From assembly GCF_009914755.1 (NCBI RefSeq), contig NC_060938.1: a stretch of 64,000 nt of DNA, one strand, 5' to 3'. This DNA comes from the human T2T-CHM13v2.0 reference genome, Homo sapiens. Both the position numbers and the translations under genes were made by a program. Shown one piece after another: positions 11,768-28,288 of this stretch; the stretch's first letter is position 1, and each line of letters begins with the position of its first letter. Under the pieces are notes generated by a model. The model ran no database searches and had not been told where the DNA came from. It saw only the letters and a list, made by a program, of their open reading frames with translations.

Positions 11768-14700
11768 TCAGCCCTAATAATTTGCTTCCTAACATACATA
11801 TTGCAGTGCTTATCTAATTTTAAATATCTTTTTGTTTCAACACCTAATTTTTTATTTAGATCTATCTGTATGTTTACAATATATTTTTCTCTGTGTTCAT
11901 TCTTTGATTTCAGAACTTCAATCTTTCTGAAGCATGTTTTCAGAGTTTCTTTTTAGTTTCTTTAGTGGAATTCTGCTGGTGGTGTTTTGTTTTTTGTCTC
12001 TAAATATGTTATTTAGCCATAGGTTGATGAATATTTTTCTTGGTTGAGAATTTCAGAGTGGCATTATTATTCTTAACAAATAATATTGTTTATTTTACCT
12101 TTCATGCTTTCAGATTTCAATATGATTAAAGGTAATTTGATTTTTCTAGTGCTAATTGAAATATTTTTCCCTTCCTGATTGTTTACTATTTCTCTAGGAG
12201 ATATGTAGAGGTAGGTTTATCTCCACTGTAGCTTGCTTAGCATGCATAGAATTTTTGAATATGTGGATTAGTGTCTTACAAGAGTCTAGAGAACTTTCAG
12301 CCAAAATACCATCACATATTGTCCCTTCCCAGTTCCCTTCTTCTAAGAGAACACTCACTAAACACATGCTACACTTTCTCACTGTATCTTCCATGTCTCT
12401 TCATGATTCTGTCCACATTGTGCATTTTTTAAAATTTTCTGTAATGCATTCTGAAATATTTATGAACTCTCACCATGGCCATGTCTAATCTGATGAGTTC
12501 ATTTTTGAGTTTTTAATTTAAAATACTATATACAAACTACTTTTCAAATTTGCTACATCAATTTTTTAGTCTCCTAAAAATATATTCATTTTTTAAAAAA
12601 TTTCTTGAAATTAAATGAGCTTTATAATCTAACAGTGATATTTCTACTAATGAACCTTTGTGGATCGGTTTGTACTCTTTTTCTGCTTTCCTTTCAAATG
12701 GTAGAATATCATTTCCTTGCATACTTAGATGCCTTTGAATGACAAAGATTTATTTTTCTCTGAAAATTATTATTGTGCACTTTTGCATATTAGTAAGAAG
12801 AAAATTTGCCAAAGAGAATTTGAATTTGTTGTGAGTCTTCTAAAGGCACCACCATTCTGGGACCACATTATATTAATTCTTGGCCTAAAGGTGTTTGGAC
12901 ATATGTTTGGACTGCACATTTAAACAATTTTTAAATTAATTGCTGTAAATCATTAATGATTGAGTTTCTTTAAATCTGTCCAATCTCAAGTCATTTTTAT
13001 TTGCCATTTCCAGGGAATGTGAAATGGGACTAATTTACCTCTGATTCTTCTTTATACTGAGGATATAAATTTTGGTCCTAGCTTTAGGGAAGAGCTTCTG
13101 TGTGATGCCCTATCTTGGGAAAAACTATGTATTTCTTTACTATCCTATGTGATGTATGACAGTAGGAATCTGCACTCATTCATTTTGCTACATGTCTGTA
13201 GGGCAAAATCAGTTTCCGTGTTTAGGTGTATTTTGTCTGCTCCCTGCATTCCCATGGTTTTGACCTTATATTTTACTTTTTTTGTGAACATACCAGTGCT
13301 TCAAATTTTTTGCAGTAATATTTTCAACTATATTATGAGAAAGAGAAAAATTTTGATAAAACACAAATTTCATGTTTTCCTTCTCTAATTGGCTTTTACT
13401 TAAAAATACAGGTAAAATTTATTTGTGCTTTTTTGCTATTTCTGTTTTGCTATTCTCTGTTTGTCTATGTCTTCTCCACATAGACACAATTAGGGAATTT
13501 TGTACACTCTTGTGCCAACTGCTTTGATAGTAACAAAATGTATTTCTCGAACTCCTAGGTATAAAACTCAAGTATCCACAATTTAAATTCTTTTTTGCTC
13601 ACTTCTGTTACATTTCCAGTCTCAATAGAAATCGATGCCAATCCAGAAATACAAGCATTATTCTAATACTTCTCACACATTACTGATATAGATTAAATTT
13701 TCTAGATCTCCTTAAATACTATCATTTTTCACTACTTGTATCTTAACTGTTAAGTTCAACATTTTCTATAATATTAATATGTTGTGAAAATTTCCTTACT
13801 TTCTTATTTTTCCCAGGTTCAATGTTTTACAGTCTCTACCTCACCCTGTGAAGCATAAACATTGTACATGCTGTACAAATAATACATCGTTCATGTACTT
13901 AGAGATTGCACGATTTTTATTTGGTTGACAATAGCTAATGTTTTCTTCTTCATTTTCTATTTCCTGATTTTTCTTTATTTAGTATATACTACATTATCAT
14001 AAAAATAAGAACGTTTTACAAACTAAAGCAAAAGCAACCCTAGGAATAAAATGCACAAATAAAATATATAAACATACATTTAGATGTACGACGTACCCTT
14101 GTAATTTATTTAGACAATTAATTCTAGTACAATTTTAATTAGTCTGTGTATTATCTGTCATCATCTTAGTATTTTTTATATAACAAGTTTTGTAAATCAA
14201 AAAGTCTCAATGTCATTATAAAGTATCTTGGCAGAGGTTGATCTCCAAGGAATAATTTCTCTCCCAAATTATGCCAATCAGAATTTCACTCTACCATAAT
14301 TCTTTTAATCAGTTTCAGAGGAATAATAAATTTCAAAATTGTTCAAGGTACTTCTTTTAGTTCAAGTACCTTTTGACAGGTGTAAAACTGTAGACAGACT
14401 GATACAAACATATTCTAATTGACTCAAAATTATATGGGACCTATTTTAAAATCTAGATTTTAAAATGTCGTGTCAACATACACATGGTTTCCTTGTGAAA
14501 TAATTGCTTTTTATTCTCTGGATAGAATAATTTAATCTTTAAACATTCAATTCTCTGTTAGAAACAAAATATTACATAAGGATATCCTTATAAAAATAAT
14601 TCCCAACTAGCTTTTCAGTTCAGAAATATATGTGAAAAAATCATCAATCATCTAATGGATTTCAAGGAGAAATGGGTTAGTAATTTATTCCATATGTCTC

Positions 14701-16513
14701 AATTTTTCCTAGACTCAAGGCTTCCTTTAAAATAATTGTAGGCATTTAAGAAACCATGTAAACTAAAAAGAAGAAATTGTGACACTGCCACTTAGGTTTT
14801 TTAAATCTTTGGACATGATTCAATATATTTTTTAAATTGTATCTTAATTAGACATTGTGAGTTCACCATCTTCCTGTCAGTATTGCATCCAAGCTGATTA
14901 ACATAGATTAGAAGTTCAACTATCAACTCTGTTCTGAGAGTCTAAAAAAATAAATGAACGTATTTGTTTGGGTATTCTTAAAGCAGGAGTGAGGACACAG
15001 TGAAAGTGAGACAAGGAAAAGAGAACAAAATAAAACAGGAAAGAGAGACAAGCCAATACCACACGTGTTAAGAGGTAAGTTCCTGTGTTAGATATCTGGG
15101 CTTAATTTTATGGGAAGCTACGTGGAACATGCCTCAGAATTACATCACTGAATCCAGGGAGATTCTTCTTAGTTACCCTCACCTTTTCTTCCCACTTCAT
15201 GCCCAATCACAAGCTCCCGTGCTGCTAGAGAAAGTCCTCAGCTAGAAACAGGTGCAAATTCTGGAGATGAGACCTTGTAGAGTGTTAAGAATGGTTTTCT
15301 TCCCAGCAGCTACAGGTAAGGAATAGGGGCTGGGCTATTAATACATCTGCTACAAACCAATAAAGCCCTTATGCTCCTTTTGGTGATCGACAATGTATTT
15401 AAAAATATTAGATGATCAAGAAGGGCTGCAGAAAGGAGGAAACAGAAACAAACAGCACACCTCTTGGTTTATTTTTATTCATTTCATCAGTTTCAAGGAA
15501 AATATGTTGGGAGTTCCTGGCATAGACAATGTCACAAAGACATGTTTTCAATAGTAGTGCTATCCCTAGGGCAGAGAAGACCCAGAGAAAGCCCAAGTGG
15601 CTGATGGAACAAAGTCAGACACCGTGCCACCTGTCCACACTCCTTGGCTCTGCCATCATGCTGAAGATCGCTTTAAAGGACTGGCTTCCCTCCCCCCAAA
15701 ATTAAAAGAGCACAGACTGAGAAACTGAATGTAGGAGACAGCAGTGGATTATGCTGTTCTCAGGGGTCACCTCAGGTTTGGAAGCATTCTTTCAAATTAA
15801 CCCATCTCAGGCCATCTGCAGAGAAGAAAGGTGGTACCTAACTTTTTTTCTTGTCAGCATTTGGTAGGGGTGTTTTATTGACCAAATATGTTCCCACAAC
15901 CTGGTTTTTTGTGACTAACTAAATATAGTAGATTTTTAAATTTTATCATCAAAATCTATAGACAATTTTTGTTTAAAATAGACTCCATATCTATGTCCTG
16001 CTTTTCTTCTTATTATTAATTACATTGCTGTATCAAAGAACAAGACTTCAGAATCAAGAATATCTTGTCTCTTCGCATTGAATTTATATACAAGGTGCTC
16101 TTTCTTTAATGCTGTCTCAAAGGAAATCTTGTAGGTAAAGGTAAATATTAGGATGCATCCAATTACATTTACACACACAGTTACATTTACACACACATAC
16201 ATGCATACAGACTGATACACGTGTGTATATATATATATGAATTTACTAATTGATTTTAACTAATATTTATAAGAGCCAGTTGGATTGATATATATTGTTG
16301 AACCTGAAAAATATTTATTATATACATGTTTAAAATACACACAGAAATAAATAGTAATTGCACCAGGCATTTGAAACTGTACTAAAATATAAGCTGTGAA
16401 CATTTTGTGATCATTACAAATTCTTACACTGAATAAATATTTTTATTTTTACAATATTAATATGTTTGATATCTGTGTACATTTTTTACAATGTGTTATT
16501 TTATTTTTGTCAG

Positions 16514-16853
16514 AGTCTTGTCATGCATAATAACATTTCAGTCAAAGATGGATTACAAATACAAAAGTGGTCCATGAGATTATAATACATATTTTTACAT
16601 ACTTTTCTATGTTTAAGTATGTTTAGATACATAACCTCTTACCATTGTGTTCTTATTGCCTGCAGTATTCAGTACAGTAATGTAGTACACAGGTTTGTAG
16701 CCTGGGAGAGAGAGGCTATACCATATAACCTAGACGTGGTAGGCTGTACAATCTAGGTGTTTGTAATATTCCCTGTGATGTTTGCAAAATGATGAAATTG
16801 CCTATGGATGCATCTGTTAGAACGTATCCCTATCATTCAGTGATGTGTGGCTG
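16514..16853. mobile_element. Tigger3a/MER7-like DNA transposon
   Basis: catttcagtcaaagatgga...ggtccatgagattataata...cagtattcagtacagtaa...gtttgtagcctgggag...gatgaaattgcct...agaacgtatcc...ctgta. Confidence 0.7.
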
Positions 16854-17439
16854 TACTAAAATGCTCAATGTAAGTTTCAATGTCCTCCATAAAACTGTTG
16901 TACTGTGAAATACAAATCTCTCACCCATGGCCTGAATATGTTTGCAAACTAAGCAGATCATGGGAAGGAGAATGTGCTGGCATCGCTGGGATGATTTTCT
17001 CACACTACATGAATAATATCTACAGACTTAGTGCATATGAGCCACTTGCATAGAGTTAAAGTAGGCATCTCTTTGCTGGGAAATTTATCAAATGGGAGTA
17101 TGAAATGTTTTTAAAAGATACTTGTTTGTTTGTAGCTGGTAGGCATACAGTGGCTCATGGCAATGGTTAAGGTTGCTAAGATTTGGTGGAAGAAGGCAAA
17201 ATGAAATGGCCACTTATATGGTATATGGTATATGGATCACTTGTTTCTGTTGAGTTACAGACTCAGCTGGCTGTTTCTCCCAATTTTAATTATTTGGAGA
17301 AAAAAAACGTGATGGTAATTTTGGAGTAACAAATACAATATTTGATGAAAGCAAATTTATTGAGGGTTAGACAAACTACAAGATACTTTAAGCTGCAAAG
17401 TCAACACGAGACTTCTGGCCCAAATTGTGCAGAGTTTGC

Positions 17440-17760
17440 GTCCAGCTGCAAAGTTCAAAGGAAGAGGCCATATAAGACGATTCTCACTTCTGACACCAAC
17501 TGCCAGTTCAGGGGTTTCCCCTGAACACCCTCAGTTTCAAGAATTTACTAAAAAGACTCACAGAACTCATTGAATGCCATTGTACTTACGGTTTATAATA
17601 GAGAAAGGGTAGAAATTAGGACCAATTGGAGAGACATATCATATAAGGTGGAATCTAGGAGATTTTGAATGTTAAGTTTCCATTGTCTTCAGGACATACT
17701 ACCTGTCATTGTTGTGCAGCAATAAACATGGAGTACTACCGACCTGGGGAGCTCACCTGA
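17440..17760. mobile_element. MER21-like LTR fragment
   Basis: cacttctgacaccaactgc...accctcagtttcaagaatttactaaaaagactcacagaactcattgaa resembles the MER21 consensus. Confidence 0.55.
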
Positions 17761-17779
17761 TGCTAAAAAGACACTATTT

Positions 17780-20335
17780 AGAGAATGAAAAGACAAATGA
17801 AAGGATGGGATAAGATGACCTTCCACATTAAGGCGCTGGAAAGAATAAAAAACTAAACCTAAAGCAAGCAGAAGGAAGAAAATAAAAATTAGAGAAATTA
17901 ATAATTTATAATAATATTTGTTAGTGTTGAATAATTGATATTAATTCTTGACTAGCTTTTTTAAAAAGAAATATTCACTTCCCAATTTACTCTTTGGGGC
18001 CAGTGTTACCTTGATACAAAAATTAGTCCAAATATCATAGAAAAATAAAACTACTATAAGTATAAACGCAAAATTCCTTAAAAAATACTAACAAATCAGA
18101 ACTAGCAACATATAAAAGAATTATACACTATGACAAAGTGAAATTTATACAAGTATTCCCAGGTTGGTTTAACAGCCCAAAATCCATTAAGGTAATACAT
18201 CTTATCCATAGAATAAGAAACGAGAATTGCATGATCATCTCGATAGATTCGGAAAACACATTTAACAAAATCCAAATGCTTTAATGATTAAAAATAAAAA
18301 TAAAAACTCAATGAACCAGGAATAGAGAACTTTCTACACCAGATACATGGCACCTGTGAAAAGCCAACAGCAAGCATGCAACTTAATGGTAAAGGATGCT
18401 TTCCCGCTATGGTCAGAGATAAGAATAGGATATATAATTTGAACTCTTCTAGTCAATACTGTACTAAAGATTTTATGCAGGGCAAATCGGCAACTAAAAA
18501 AATAAGAATCACCCATATTGAACAGGAAGAAATAAAACTTTATTTGAAAATAACATTCTTGTATATAGAAAATGTTAAGGAATCCACTGAACGATAGAAG
18601 TAGTAAATTATTTCAGCAATATTACAGCATACAAGATAAATGTACAAAAATCAATTGCACACATCTACAATGAAAACCCCAAAATGAAATTAAGAAAACA
18701 CTTCAATTTAAAATAGCATCATAAAAAGAAATAATAATTAATTTGGAAAATGTGATACAGGATTTTACTCTGAAAATTAAAAATTATTGTTTAAAGAATA
18801 AGTAATTAGCAAACATCTTACAGCCATGAATTGGAAGATTTAATACTGTATTACTTTACAATTTGAACTACTGATTTGATGAAATCCCTGCAAGTATTCC
18901 AACAGACTTCTGTCTAGAAACTGACAAGCTGATTCTAAAATACACATGGAATTGTAAGGGACTCAAAATAGCCAAAATAATCTTGAAAAAAGAAAACATA
19001 TTAGGATAATTCACACCCCCATGCTCCAAACCTTACTGCAAAGTATCAGTAATCAAGACAACAAAATACTGATGAAGGAAAAATATATAGATTGATGGAA
19101 GAGAATTGAGAGTCCATATATAAAACTATGTGTCTATGGTCAATGGATTCTTACAGTGGTGCCATGTGCAATTCAATGAGGAAGAGACAGTCTTTGAACA
19201 AACTGGTTCAACAACTTACACGTGGATCACCACTTGCAAAATAATAAATTGGAACCCTTACCCCAAAGCATACAAAAATATTAACTCAAATGAATTAAAG
19301 ACACACATGCAAGAGCTAGAATAAAACATATGGGAAAATCTTCACGATTTTGGATCTAGCAAAGAAATAGCTGTAACATCAAAAACATGAGCAACAAAAT
19401 AAAAATTAGATATTTAAAATTTGTTAAAAATTAAAGACATTGGTGTTTCAAAGGACAACCAAGCAAGTCAAAAGGCAGCTCAAAAATTGTGAGAAGATAT
19501 TTGAAAAACACGTATCTATATGTCTGTATATATATGTATCTTGAATATAGAAAAATTGTTTTAACTCAGTAACAAATATCCCAACTCAAAACTGATAAAT
19601 GATAGGAATAGATGTGTTTCCCAAGAAGATACACGAACGGCCAATAATCCCATAAAAAGATACTCAATAGCATCACTCATCAGGCAACTACAAATCAAAA
19701 CCACAGTTAGATACTCTATGGCTAGAACTGGCCACTTTGTAAAATAATTTGATGGCTTCTAAATATATTAAACATTGAATTGTCATATGACCCAGAAATT
19801 TATTCCTAGGTATACACCCAGATTATTGGAAAGAGGTGTTCAAACACAAATTGTACACAAGTATTTTTAGCAGCAGTATTTAAAATAGCCAAAGGCTGAA
19901 CACAACTCAAATGTCAATAAAAATATTATTGGATAAATAAAATGTTATATCCATGAAATTGAATGTTATACGGTTATAAAAAGAAATAAAGTACCAATAC
20001 GTACATGAACCTTGATAGCATTATGCCAACTGAAAGAAGCCAGGCAGAAAAGGCCACCTATTGTATGATTCTATTTAGATGAAAACAGAATAGTAAAGTC
20101 TATAGAGAAAGAAAACAGATTTGTGGTTGCTTAGGATTGAGTAGGGGATGAGTGTATAGGATGTTAACAGCTAGAGAAGGTGGGGTTTCTTTTTGAAGTG
20201 ATGAAAATGCTCTAAAATTCATTGTGATGATGGCTCCACTTATCTGTGCATATACTAAAAGTCACTGACTTGTAGACATTAATGTGTGCACTCTACACTA
20301 TGTAAATTTTATCTCAATAAATCCTTTAAAAAATA
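17780..20335 (+). mobile_element. Old L1M (L1MB/MC-like) ORF2 remnant and 3' UTR
   Basis: Decayed ORF2 motifs (aaacctaaagcaagcagaagg; EEIKLYL..YIEN.KEST in ORF 18376-18597; ctgacaagctgattctaaaat; catatgacccag..attcctaggtata) ending at tatctcaataaa. Confidence 0.85.
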
Positions 20336-22289
20336 CACAGAAGAGTAAGGGGTTTTGGAAAGTTGCAGCTGGGAGGCAGTTTGAAATACTGAATAGGCCT
20401 CATCGAGAATGTGAAGTTTCAGTAAAGACTTGAGGAAGTTGAATGAGCTGATCAATGGATATATGGAGGGCTATCTTTCCAAGCCAAGAAATTAACTAGA
20501 GTCTTGGTCATAAGGCAGCAGCGTGTTGGCATGTCCAGAGGACAGTGAGGTGGCCAGGACCACTGGTAAGATCAAGGGTGAAGATATAAAAGAATTTTGG
20601 CGGTTAACATGAGGCAGATCATGATGGGGTTGCAGACCATTGTAAGAATTGTTTTTAGTGTACATGAAGTGGGGAAACAAATCATTATCCCATTATCAAT
20701 ATTTTAATAAATTGGATCCATGAACCAAATGCAATGAGATTAAATCAATTAATAATAATATGCAAATTTGTATTAAAATTACAAGAATTATTTGCACATT
20801 TGAGAACAGGAGAGTCATGATTGTTTATCAGCAATAATAAACATTATTAATTTTAATTGTGATCAGCTAATTGAGATTAATTGCAATACATCATGCTTTA
20901 TAATGTGACTGTCAAAAGGAAAGTATGATTGTAATCTTATACTACATCTATCAATGCCTTTGATTCATAAGACTATAGAGTAAGCCCCTAGTTTTCAAAG
21001 CCAACTTATGAGGCAGTGACATCTTATGCAAATTTGCTGCTTTCTGCCACAGTGATCCTTGGTCAGCTGGCACAAATTGTTTTACAAACGCCCCTAGGTC
21101 TAAAAATAGTTTGGATCACAATGAACACAGAAACACCTTCATCCCTTCAGAAATACCTATCAATTACTTCCAATACAGAATGAAAAATTGACAAAGGAAA
21201 TATGTGGATTGTAAAAATGCCAGTTAGCTTGCATCTACATCAAAGAAAAATGCCATTTTTATTATATTAGATCATTGTTTTATATGAGTTTTGGTATAGC
21301 ACAATGTTGAACCAAGGGCAAAGAGAGATGAATTAATGATATCTTGATTAAGATATCAAGAATTTGAAAGAAAAGGCAGGTCATCTTTGAAGGTTAGTGA
21401 CATAGCATTCATCTTCTGTTGTCACCTTTTCCATCATGCCCTGTATGCCTGATGGACAGGTTTCACTCAAGTTCAGAGAACAGCATGCAAAATTAGCTAC
21501 CAATTAATCTTTATGAAGTGAGCTGCATTTCCTGCCAGACTGAGCTTATGTTTTAGCAGGAAGCATTTTTGGGAAATGTTTATGTTAGAGTTTGCCCTTC
21601 TTGACAAGGTGAGACATAAATGTCTACTTTATACACATGAATTAAGATGGGAAGATATTTGGGGGAATCATTTACTCAAACGCTAAATAATAAAGGTACA
21701 CAAAGGGCAAATTATACTAGATTTCTTTCCCACTTGTTTTGTATGTCTCATGCAATTCACCTTGATTCCCTTCAGTTTCTGTTTAATGTAGAAAGTGGCA
21801 TTTTCCTTATTTTAAGCTTCTAGCACAATGAAAGAATTTCTCTTTTTCATGAACAGGATCATAAATGAAAGGGAGGAAGAGTGTCCTATATCATATTTAT
21901 TGTTCAACAAAACACTGCTCCATGGCTTAAATTCAGTTTAAAAAAGAGAATTTATTGGACATCTAACACATACATAAAAGATAGTAAAGACAAATGAGAA
22001 GAGCGCAGGATATTGAAGTATACAGATTTCAATGCTGAGTTTTATATCTTAGGAAGTTACTCCACCTTACAGAGGCTCAATTTCCCCTGATTTAGGAAGG
22101 CGATGCTAATGGGTATTGCATAGGTGTAAGTATAAAAATGTTGTATTTAAGAGAATCCCACAAGCTTGGTATAAGGCAGAAAATAAATAGATGTGACATG
22201 AATAAGTAGTTTATTACATTTGTATTCTACCTGCGGACTAGAGGAAGCAAGAAACACAGCCACTATGCTTGATTAGCATTACAGAGATG

Positions 22290-22512
22290 GTACAATGATG
22301 GTTGCCAGAAGCTGGGGGGAGGAAGAAATGGGGAAGTATTTTTTAATGGGTATAGAGTTTCAGTTTTACAAGATGAAACGAATTATGGAGATGGATGGTA
22401 GGGACGGCTGCACAATGTTATGACTCTATTTAGTACCACTGAACTGTACACTTAAAATGGTTAACAGAGTACATTTTATGTTATGTGTATTTTACCACAA
22501 TAAAAAAATAAA
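22290..22512 (+). mobile_element. L1MB 3' end
   Basis: ggttgccag...aatgggtatagagtttcagttttacaagatgaa...cactgaactgtacacttaaaatggttaa...ttttaccacaataaaaaa. Confidence 0.8.
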
Positions 22513-23404
22513 ATACCTTAGGAACATTTTCATGAAAAAGCCCACATAAAATTCACTTTAATGCACGTGTTTATGCATAGCTTTGTATTTTTCTCTTTTC
22601 TCTTTATCTTCCAAATTCTAATCAGAGAAGGGAATCACCTCTGTATCTCTAGGATATTCAGTAAAGACCACTGGAGTTTCATGCCCTAGTGACAGTGCTC
22701 ATATAGCTCCAAATTACAGATGGCTCTAGACTAACTCCACAAAGTTTAAAGAGAAGATTTAAAACAACAACAGACAAATACTCATCCTGAAGTTACTGAA
22801 CTGCCTGCCACAACATTGTTCAAAGGTAGCCAATAAAATCTAGATAGTCAATAGCATAACATCAAAAAACCCCCCCCAAAAAAAACTCTGACATGCAAAG
22901 AAGCCGTAAGATATATATACTTAAGACATATATTAACAAGATAAAAATAAGTCATTTATAAATGACAGAAAAGAAGGAAATTTCAAGGTCCTTAAAGTAA
23001 ACATATTTTATAAATACATATAGGTAAATACATATATATGTCAAGGCACTTAAATGAAAATTGAACATAGAAAAATAGAAGTTATAAAATGAAAAATGTG
23101 ACATGTATAGATGAAAAATAAATATTAGAAATAAAAATTCCATGAGATAGAATAAGTAATGGATTTTACCCAAACATCAGAAAATTTATAGAAAAAAATA
23201 GAAGCTTTACAAACTAAAGGACAAAGGGTAAACTAAAATAAGAAAGCCAGAAACTCACTGATAAGTCAGACAATATGCAGCAGTGTAACATACATGTAAT
23301 TAACATCTCAAAAAGGATGGGTGGGGGAATTATAGGTGAATAAAGAATGGTACACTCATTCCTGAGGGCACCGAGGAGGGAGGATAGCTTTAGATTTCTA
23401 AGGG

Positions 23405-23529
23405 AGGGTATTATCCATTCATGAAGGTCCAACCCCATGACCAAACACCTTCCAGTAAGCCCCACCTGCAACATTGGGGATCAAATTTTAACATGAGATT
23501 GGAAGGGGCAAGCATTCAAACCATAGCAA
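23405..23529 (-). mobile_element. MST/MaLR LTR fragment
   Basis: ccatgaccaaacacct...ccccacctgcaacattggggatcaaattttaacatgagattggaaggg...ttcaaaccatagca. Confidence 0.7.
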
Positions 23530-24904
23530 GAGTTAAATTTCCTTTTTAAAAAAATCACTGATATGATTCCATTTCGCCATAGATAAAAGCTAGTATTTCA
23601 GCCTACCATTGAGTGTGCTTATAGCTCACCAAAAGGGCACTCTGTCTCGGGAATACAGATTTGCCTAGAGGTATCCTATTGCAGTCAAAGAAAGAGCAAT
23701 GAGGGATAGAAAAGGTTAGTGATGGAGACACCAGCGCTGCATTTTGCAACAAACAATGTAAAAGCTTTACGGATTGGTTCTGCTAACTTACTACAGTTTG
23801 CATTCCTCTCAGGTGGGAGAATTGTTGCGTTTTTTCTTAAGATAGAAAAGCAATTCAGATAATCTGAAATCTCCACAAGAAGGATAAGAAGCACAGCAGA
23901 AACTATTCTAGGTAGGAAGTCAATCCTTTCAACTGTCTGTGCTGCATAGAAACAATTGTCTGCACTGGAAGTCATGTGAGATACAGACAACAGCCAGAAC
24001 TCTGATCCTCTCATTAGTGATTTCAGAAGAAATTACCAGTCAACTGAGTAATTCACTGAGTAAACATTTGGCACTGAAAGAGGTTAGACGGATAACCATT
24101 TGTATCACCATATTCATGAAGCTGGAATATTTTCCATTACTGGTATCACATCCGAATGGAAGATGTTAAAAGGTCTCTCATCTTGTAAGATGGATATGAA
24201 AGAACATTTTCTGGGAAATGAAATTATTAACACACCTGCGAGGTGGATGGAAGAGAAAAAAAAGCATAATCAGCTGGAGTTCTTCTCCTTGATAAGACAA
24301 CTCACTAAAAACATAAAGAGAAAAATACAAGTTTAAAATAATTAACCAGAAGAAGACGACTCAAGAGTTTTTAAATTGCTGATAAGATTTTAATTTGCTC
24401 CAAGTTGAAAATAATTATATTGCTTGTGTTTTAAGGCCCATAATGAGCAATTATATCACAAATGGTAGTTTCAGCAGTAAAATATTATCCGTTAACTGCT
24501 GGAAATCATAAAAGCATAGCACAATGTGAAGATGGAATTTGCTAAAATAAACCATCTGCTGAAAACCACTATTCTGCAAATTTAAAAATAAAGTTTAAAT
24601 GTTATTGGTCTTATTTAATAGGTCTGTCAAAAAAATGCGCTATTTGAAAAGTAGCTGCTACCTTAATTAATTCTTCATATTAGACGGCTGGTTACAGTAA
24701 TGCACAGTAAGGTGCTACATAGATATGTTGCTAAATTTTCTGCATATACTATGTATTTGGCTTAAATTATTTGAAATTTTATAGTTAAAATAACAAATGT
24801 ATATTTCAATGTTTTGACACAATTTGCAAATATACCTTTAAAAAGCGTCTTACACTCTAAATATTATTTGTCACCTATATATTTGTCTTTTCTCTATAGG
24901 AAAG

Positions 24905-25825
<921 letters not shown>

Positions 25826-26799
25826 TATGTACAATAAATATTATTGTGATTTTTAATCTTTTCTGTGGAGAAAACACAGATGTGATTTCTAGTGTAGCTG
25901 AACATCGTTTATTTGACAATATTGCACTTGTGTGTGGGTGTGTGCTTGTGTAGCTACTCTTTAATTTTGTTCTTACATAATGATTAGATATTAACAATTA
26001 ATTCAGTAAAATATATGTTTTGCAACATTTCTCCATGTTATTATGCTTTAAATTAGTTTAATCATGCCCTTATAATGTGTACATTTTAACCTTTGACTAT
26101 AGGTCTCAATCTTACTTTGGTTCCTGTATTTGAATTTATGCTAATAAAGTCCTACAGCTAAAATAGATTATATAAACTTATCTACATTTTTACTAGTATT
26201 CTGGTGTCATTTTAAATTATGTAATGAAATCAAATTTTAATTTGGATTATTGTTATCTGAGTTAAGGATCTAAATTTTCAATTTCTTACAAATACTACAT
26301 AATTATTTCTGAAACATATATTGACTAATCTCCCCTTTATATGATGTGCATTATAAGAGCTTGGGATTGTTTCATTTGCAAAGATGAATGCTTGAGAAGT
26401 AGATATTTGATCATAACATTTCAAAATCGACTGGATAACCTAGAATTGAAAAATAGCCTACAGGTTGAAAAACTCCTGTAGTGAAGAAAGAAAATAACTA
26501 ATATACAGTGACAATATAAATATTATAAGTATTTATTTTATTATCGCCCTGAAATTTGATAATACAAACATGTAATATCTACATATCATCCATATATCAG
26601 GTCAGAAAAAATCAATACATTCTTCAAAAATTTAGCATAACAGAAAATGCACTCTCTCTCCTTGATGGAATTAAGTTACAAATAAAAGTAAAAATAAGTA
26701 GATAAGTAGATGGAAGTAGATGTTTAAAAACAAAGAAAAATATTTGTTTTGGATAACATAAAATCTCAATTGACAATTCCAATATTTCCAGAACTTTGG

Positions 26800-26994
26800 C
26801 TGTCAACTGGTGTAGAGTTTTCCCCAGGAGACATTTGTCAATGTCTAGGGTTATTGTGGGGATGTCAAGACTGGTGGAGGTGTGAAATTTAGAGGTCAAA
26901 CGAAACACCTAGCATTGTTAGGGCAGCCTCCCACAACAAAGAATCCTCTGGTCCTAAAGGTAAGTAGCACCAAGGTTGAGAAACCATAATCTAG
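26800..26994. mobile_element. MER20-like hAT element
   Basis: ccccaggagacatttgtcaatgtctagg...ggcagcctcccacaacaaagaat...aaggttgagaaacc. Confidence 0.65.
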
Positions 26995-27689
26995 ACAGTA
27001 AACACTATGTAGCTATTCCAAGTGCTCAGGAAAACACATCAGTGCCCTGGAGAGGAAAAGTGTAAACATTTTAATTGCTGTACATGGTGACACAAAATCA
27101 TGTTGTTAATCTAAGTGGAAGGGGCTGAAGCACAAAACGTAATTCAAAGAGTTTACTTGATCCACAATGAGGACAGCTGCCTGGAAGAAACAGACCCAAG
27201 TATCCTTGGATATGAACTCCCTTTGGAGCTTTGCAACAAGCAGTTTCTTAAAGGCAAAAAAGGGTCCAGAAGTGGGATGATGCAAAGAGGTTTGTCACAA
27301 ATTCTCATTGGCTTATGGAAATAACATTTATTAGTGATTGGCTATACACTGTTACACTATTATTGGGTGTGGATTATAGTGTCTGGTGTGGCTTTATTGG
27401 TTAATTTATAGCTACTGTGGTAACAGCGGCAGCCTAGATGAACACACAGCTCAAAGAGGAGCAGGACAGAACTGCTGTCTCATTTGAATATCTCTCTGGG
27501 CCTGATTATTTCAAAGGACTTGCATTTCTCATATGAAAGTTATTTTCTTTTCTCAAGGTCCATAAATGAGAATAAATAGACGTAAAATAGATCTTTTCGA
27601 GGATGAAGTAAATGGAATGAAAAACAAAACCCAAGCTGACCAGAAATCATAGAGGGAAGAAAAGGTTATAAATATACGGATTTTTCAAA

Positions 27690-28288
27690 GTGATTTTAAG
27701 CTATTAGGAATCAGTTAAATGTTGGGGGATTTTGTCTGAGAATGGGCTAAAGGAGAATGTCCCTTTTGCCTTCTGAAGTTTCCCTGAAAATCACTAATAG
27801 GAGGCAGATAAATAGTAGAAAAGGCATACAGGTTTCTGCAATGTGTGTACACTGGAGCCCTTAGAACGAAGACCCAGACACACGATGCGTGCAGAAGCTT
27901 ATCTACCACATGAAGTTTACAGAAAGAATGGGGTCTTGGATCACAGGGAAAAAAAAAAAAAGGTTATGTGAGAAAACGACCCTGACTAGCAACAGTGGAC
28001 TTATTACATAGGTGGAACCTCACTGGGAGCAGTCCTCAGAGAGAAATAGACAGAAAATGTTTCTTTCAGACCTTTGGAGACCTCAGACTCTCAGTTAACC
28101 TTTCCTAGATCCAGACAAGGGGGCAGAACTCAGAGAAAGCCTGGCTGCATCAAGGCAGATTCTCTAACAGTGCAAATCTCCCCAAGACAGCTTTGCAGCT
28201 AAGTTTGCATTTCCAGCCCTTCTCAATAGCCATTTTGAAATATATCAAGGAAATATATTTAGGGGTAAAATATATTAGTTTCCTTCAT
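27690..28288 (-). mobile_element. ERV1 (MER34/MER39-group) LTR
   Basis: tgcaaatctccccaagacagctttgcag...gccattttgaaatatatcaaggaaatatatttaggggtaaaatatattagtttccttca. Confidence 0.55.

Noticed and set aside
23685-24014. 109-aa minus-strand ORF in non-repeat-looking DNA
   Set aside because: No recognisable domain or splice context; the length is compatible with chance.
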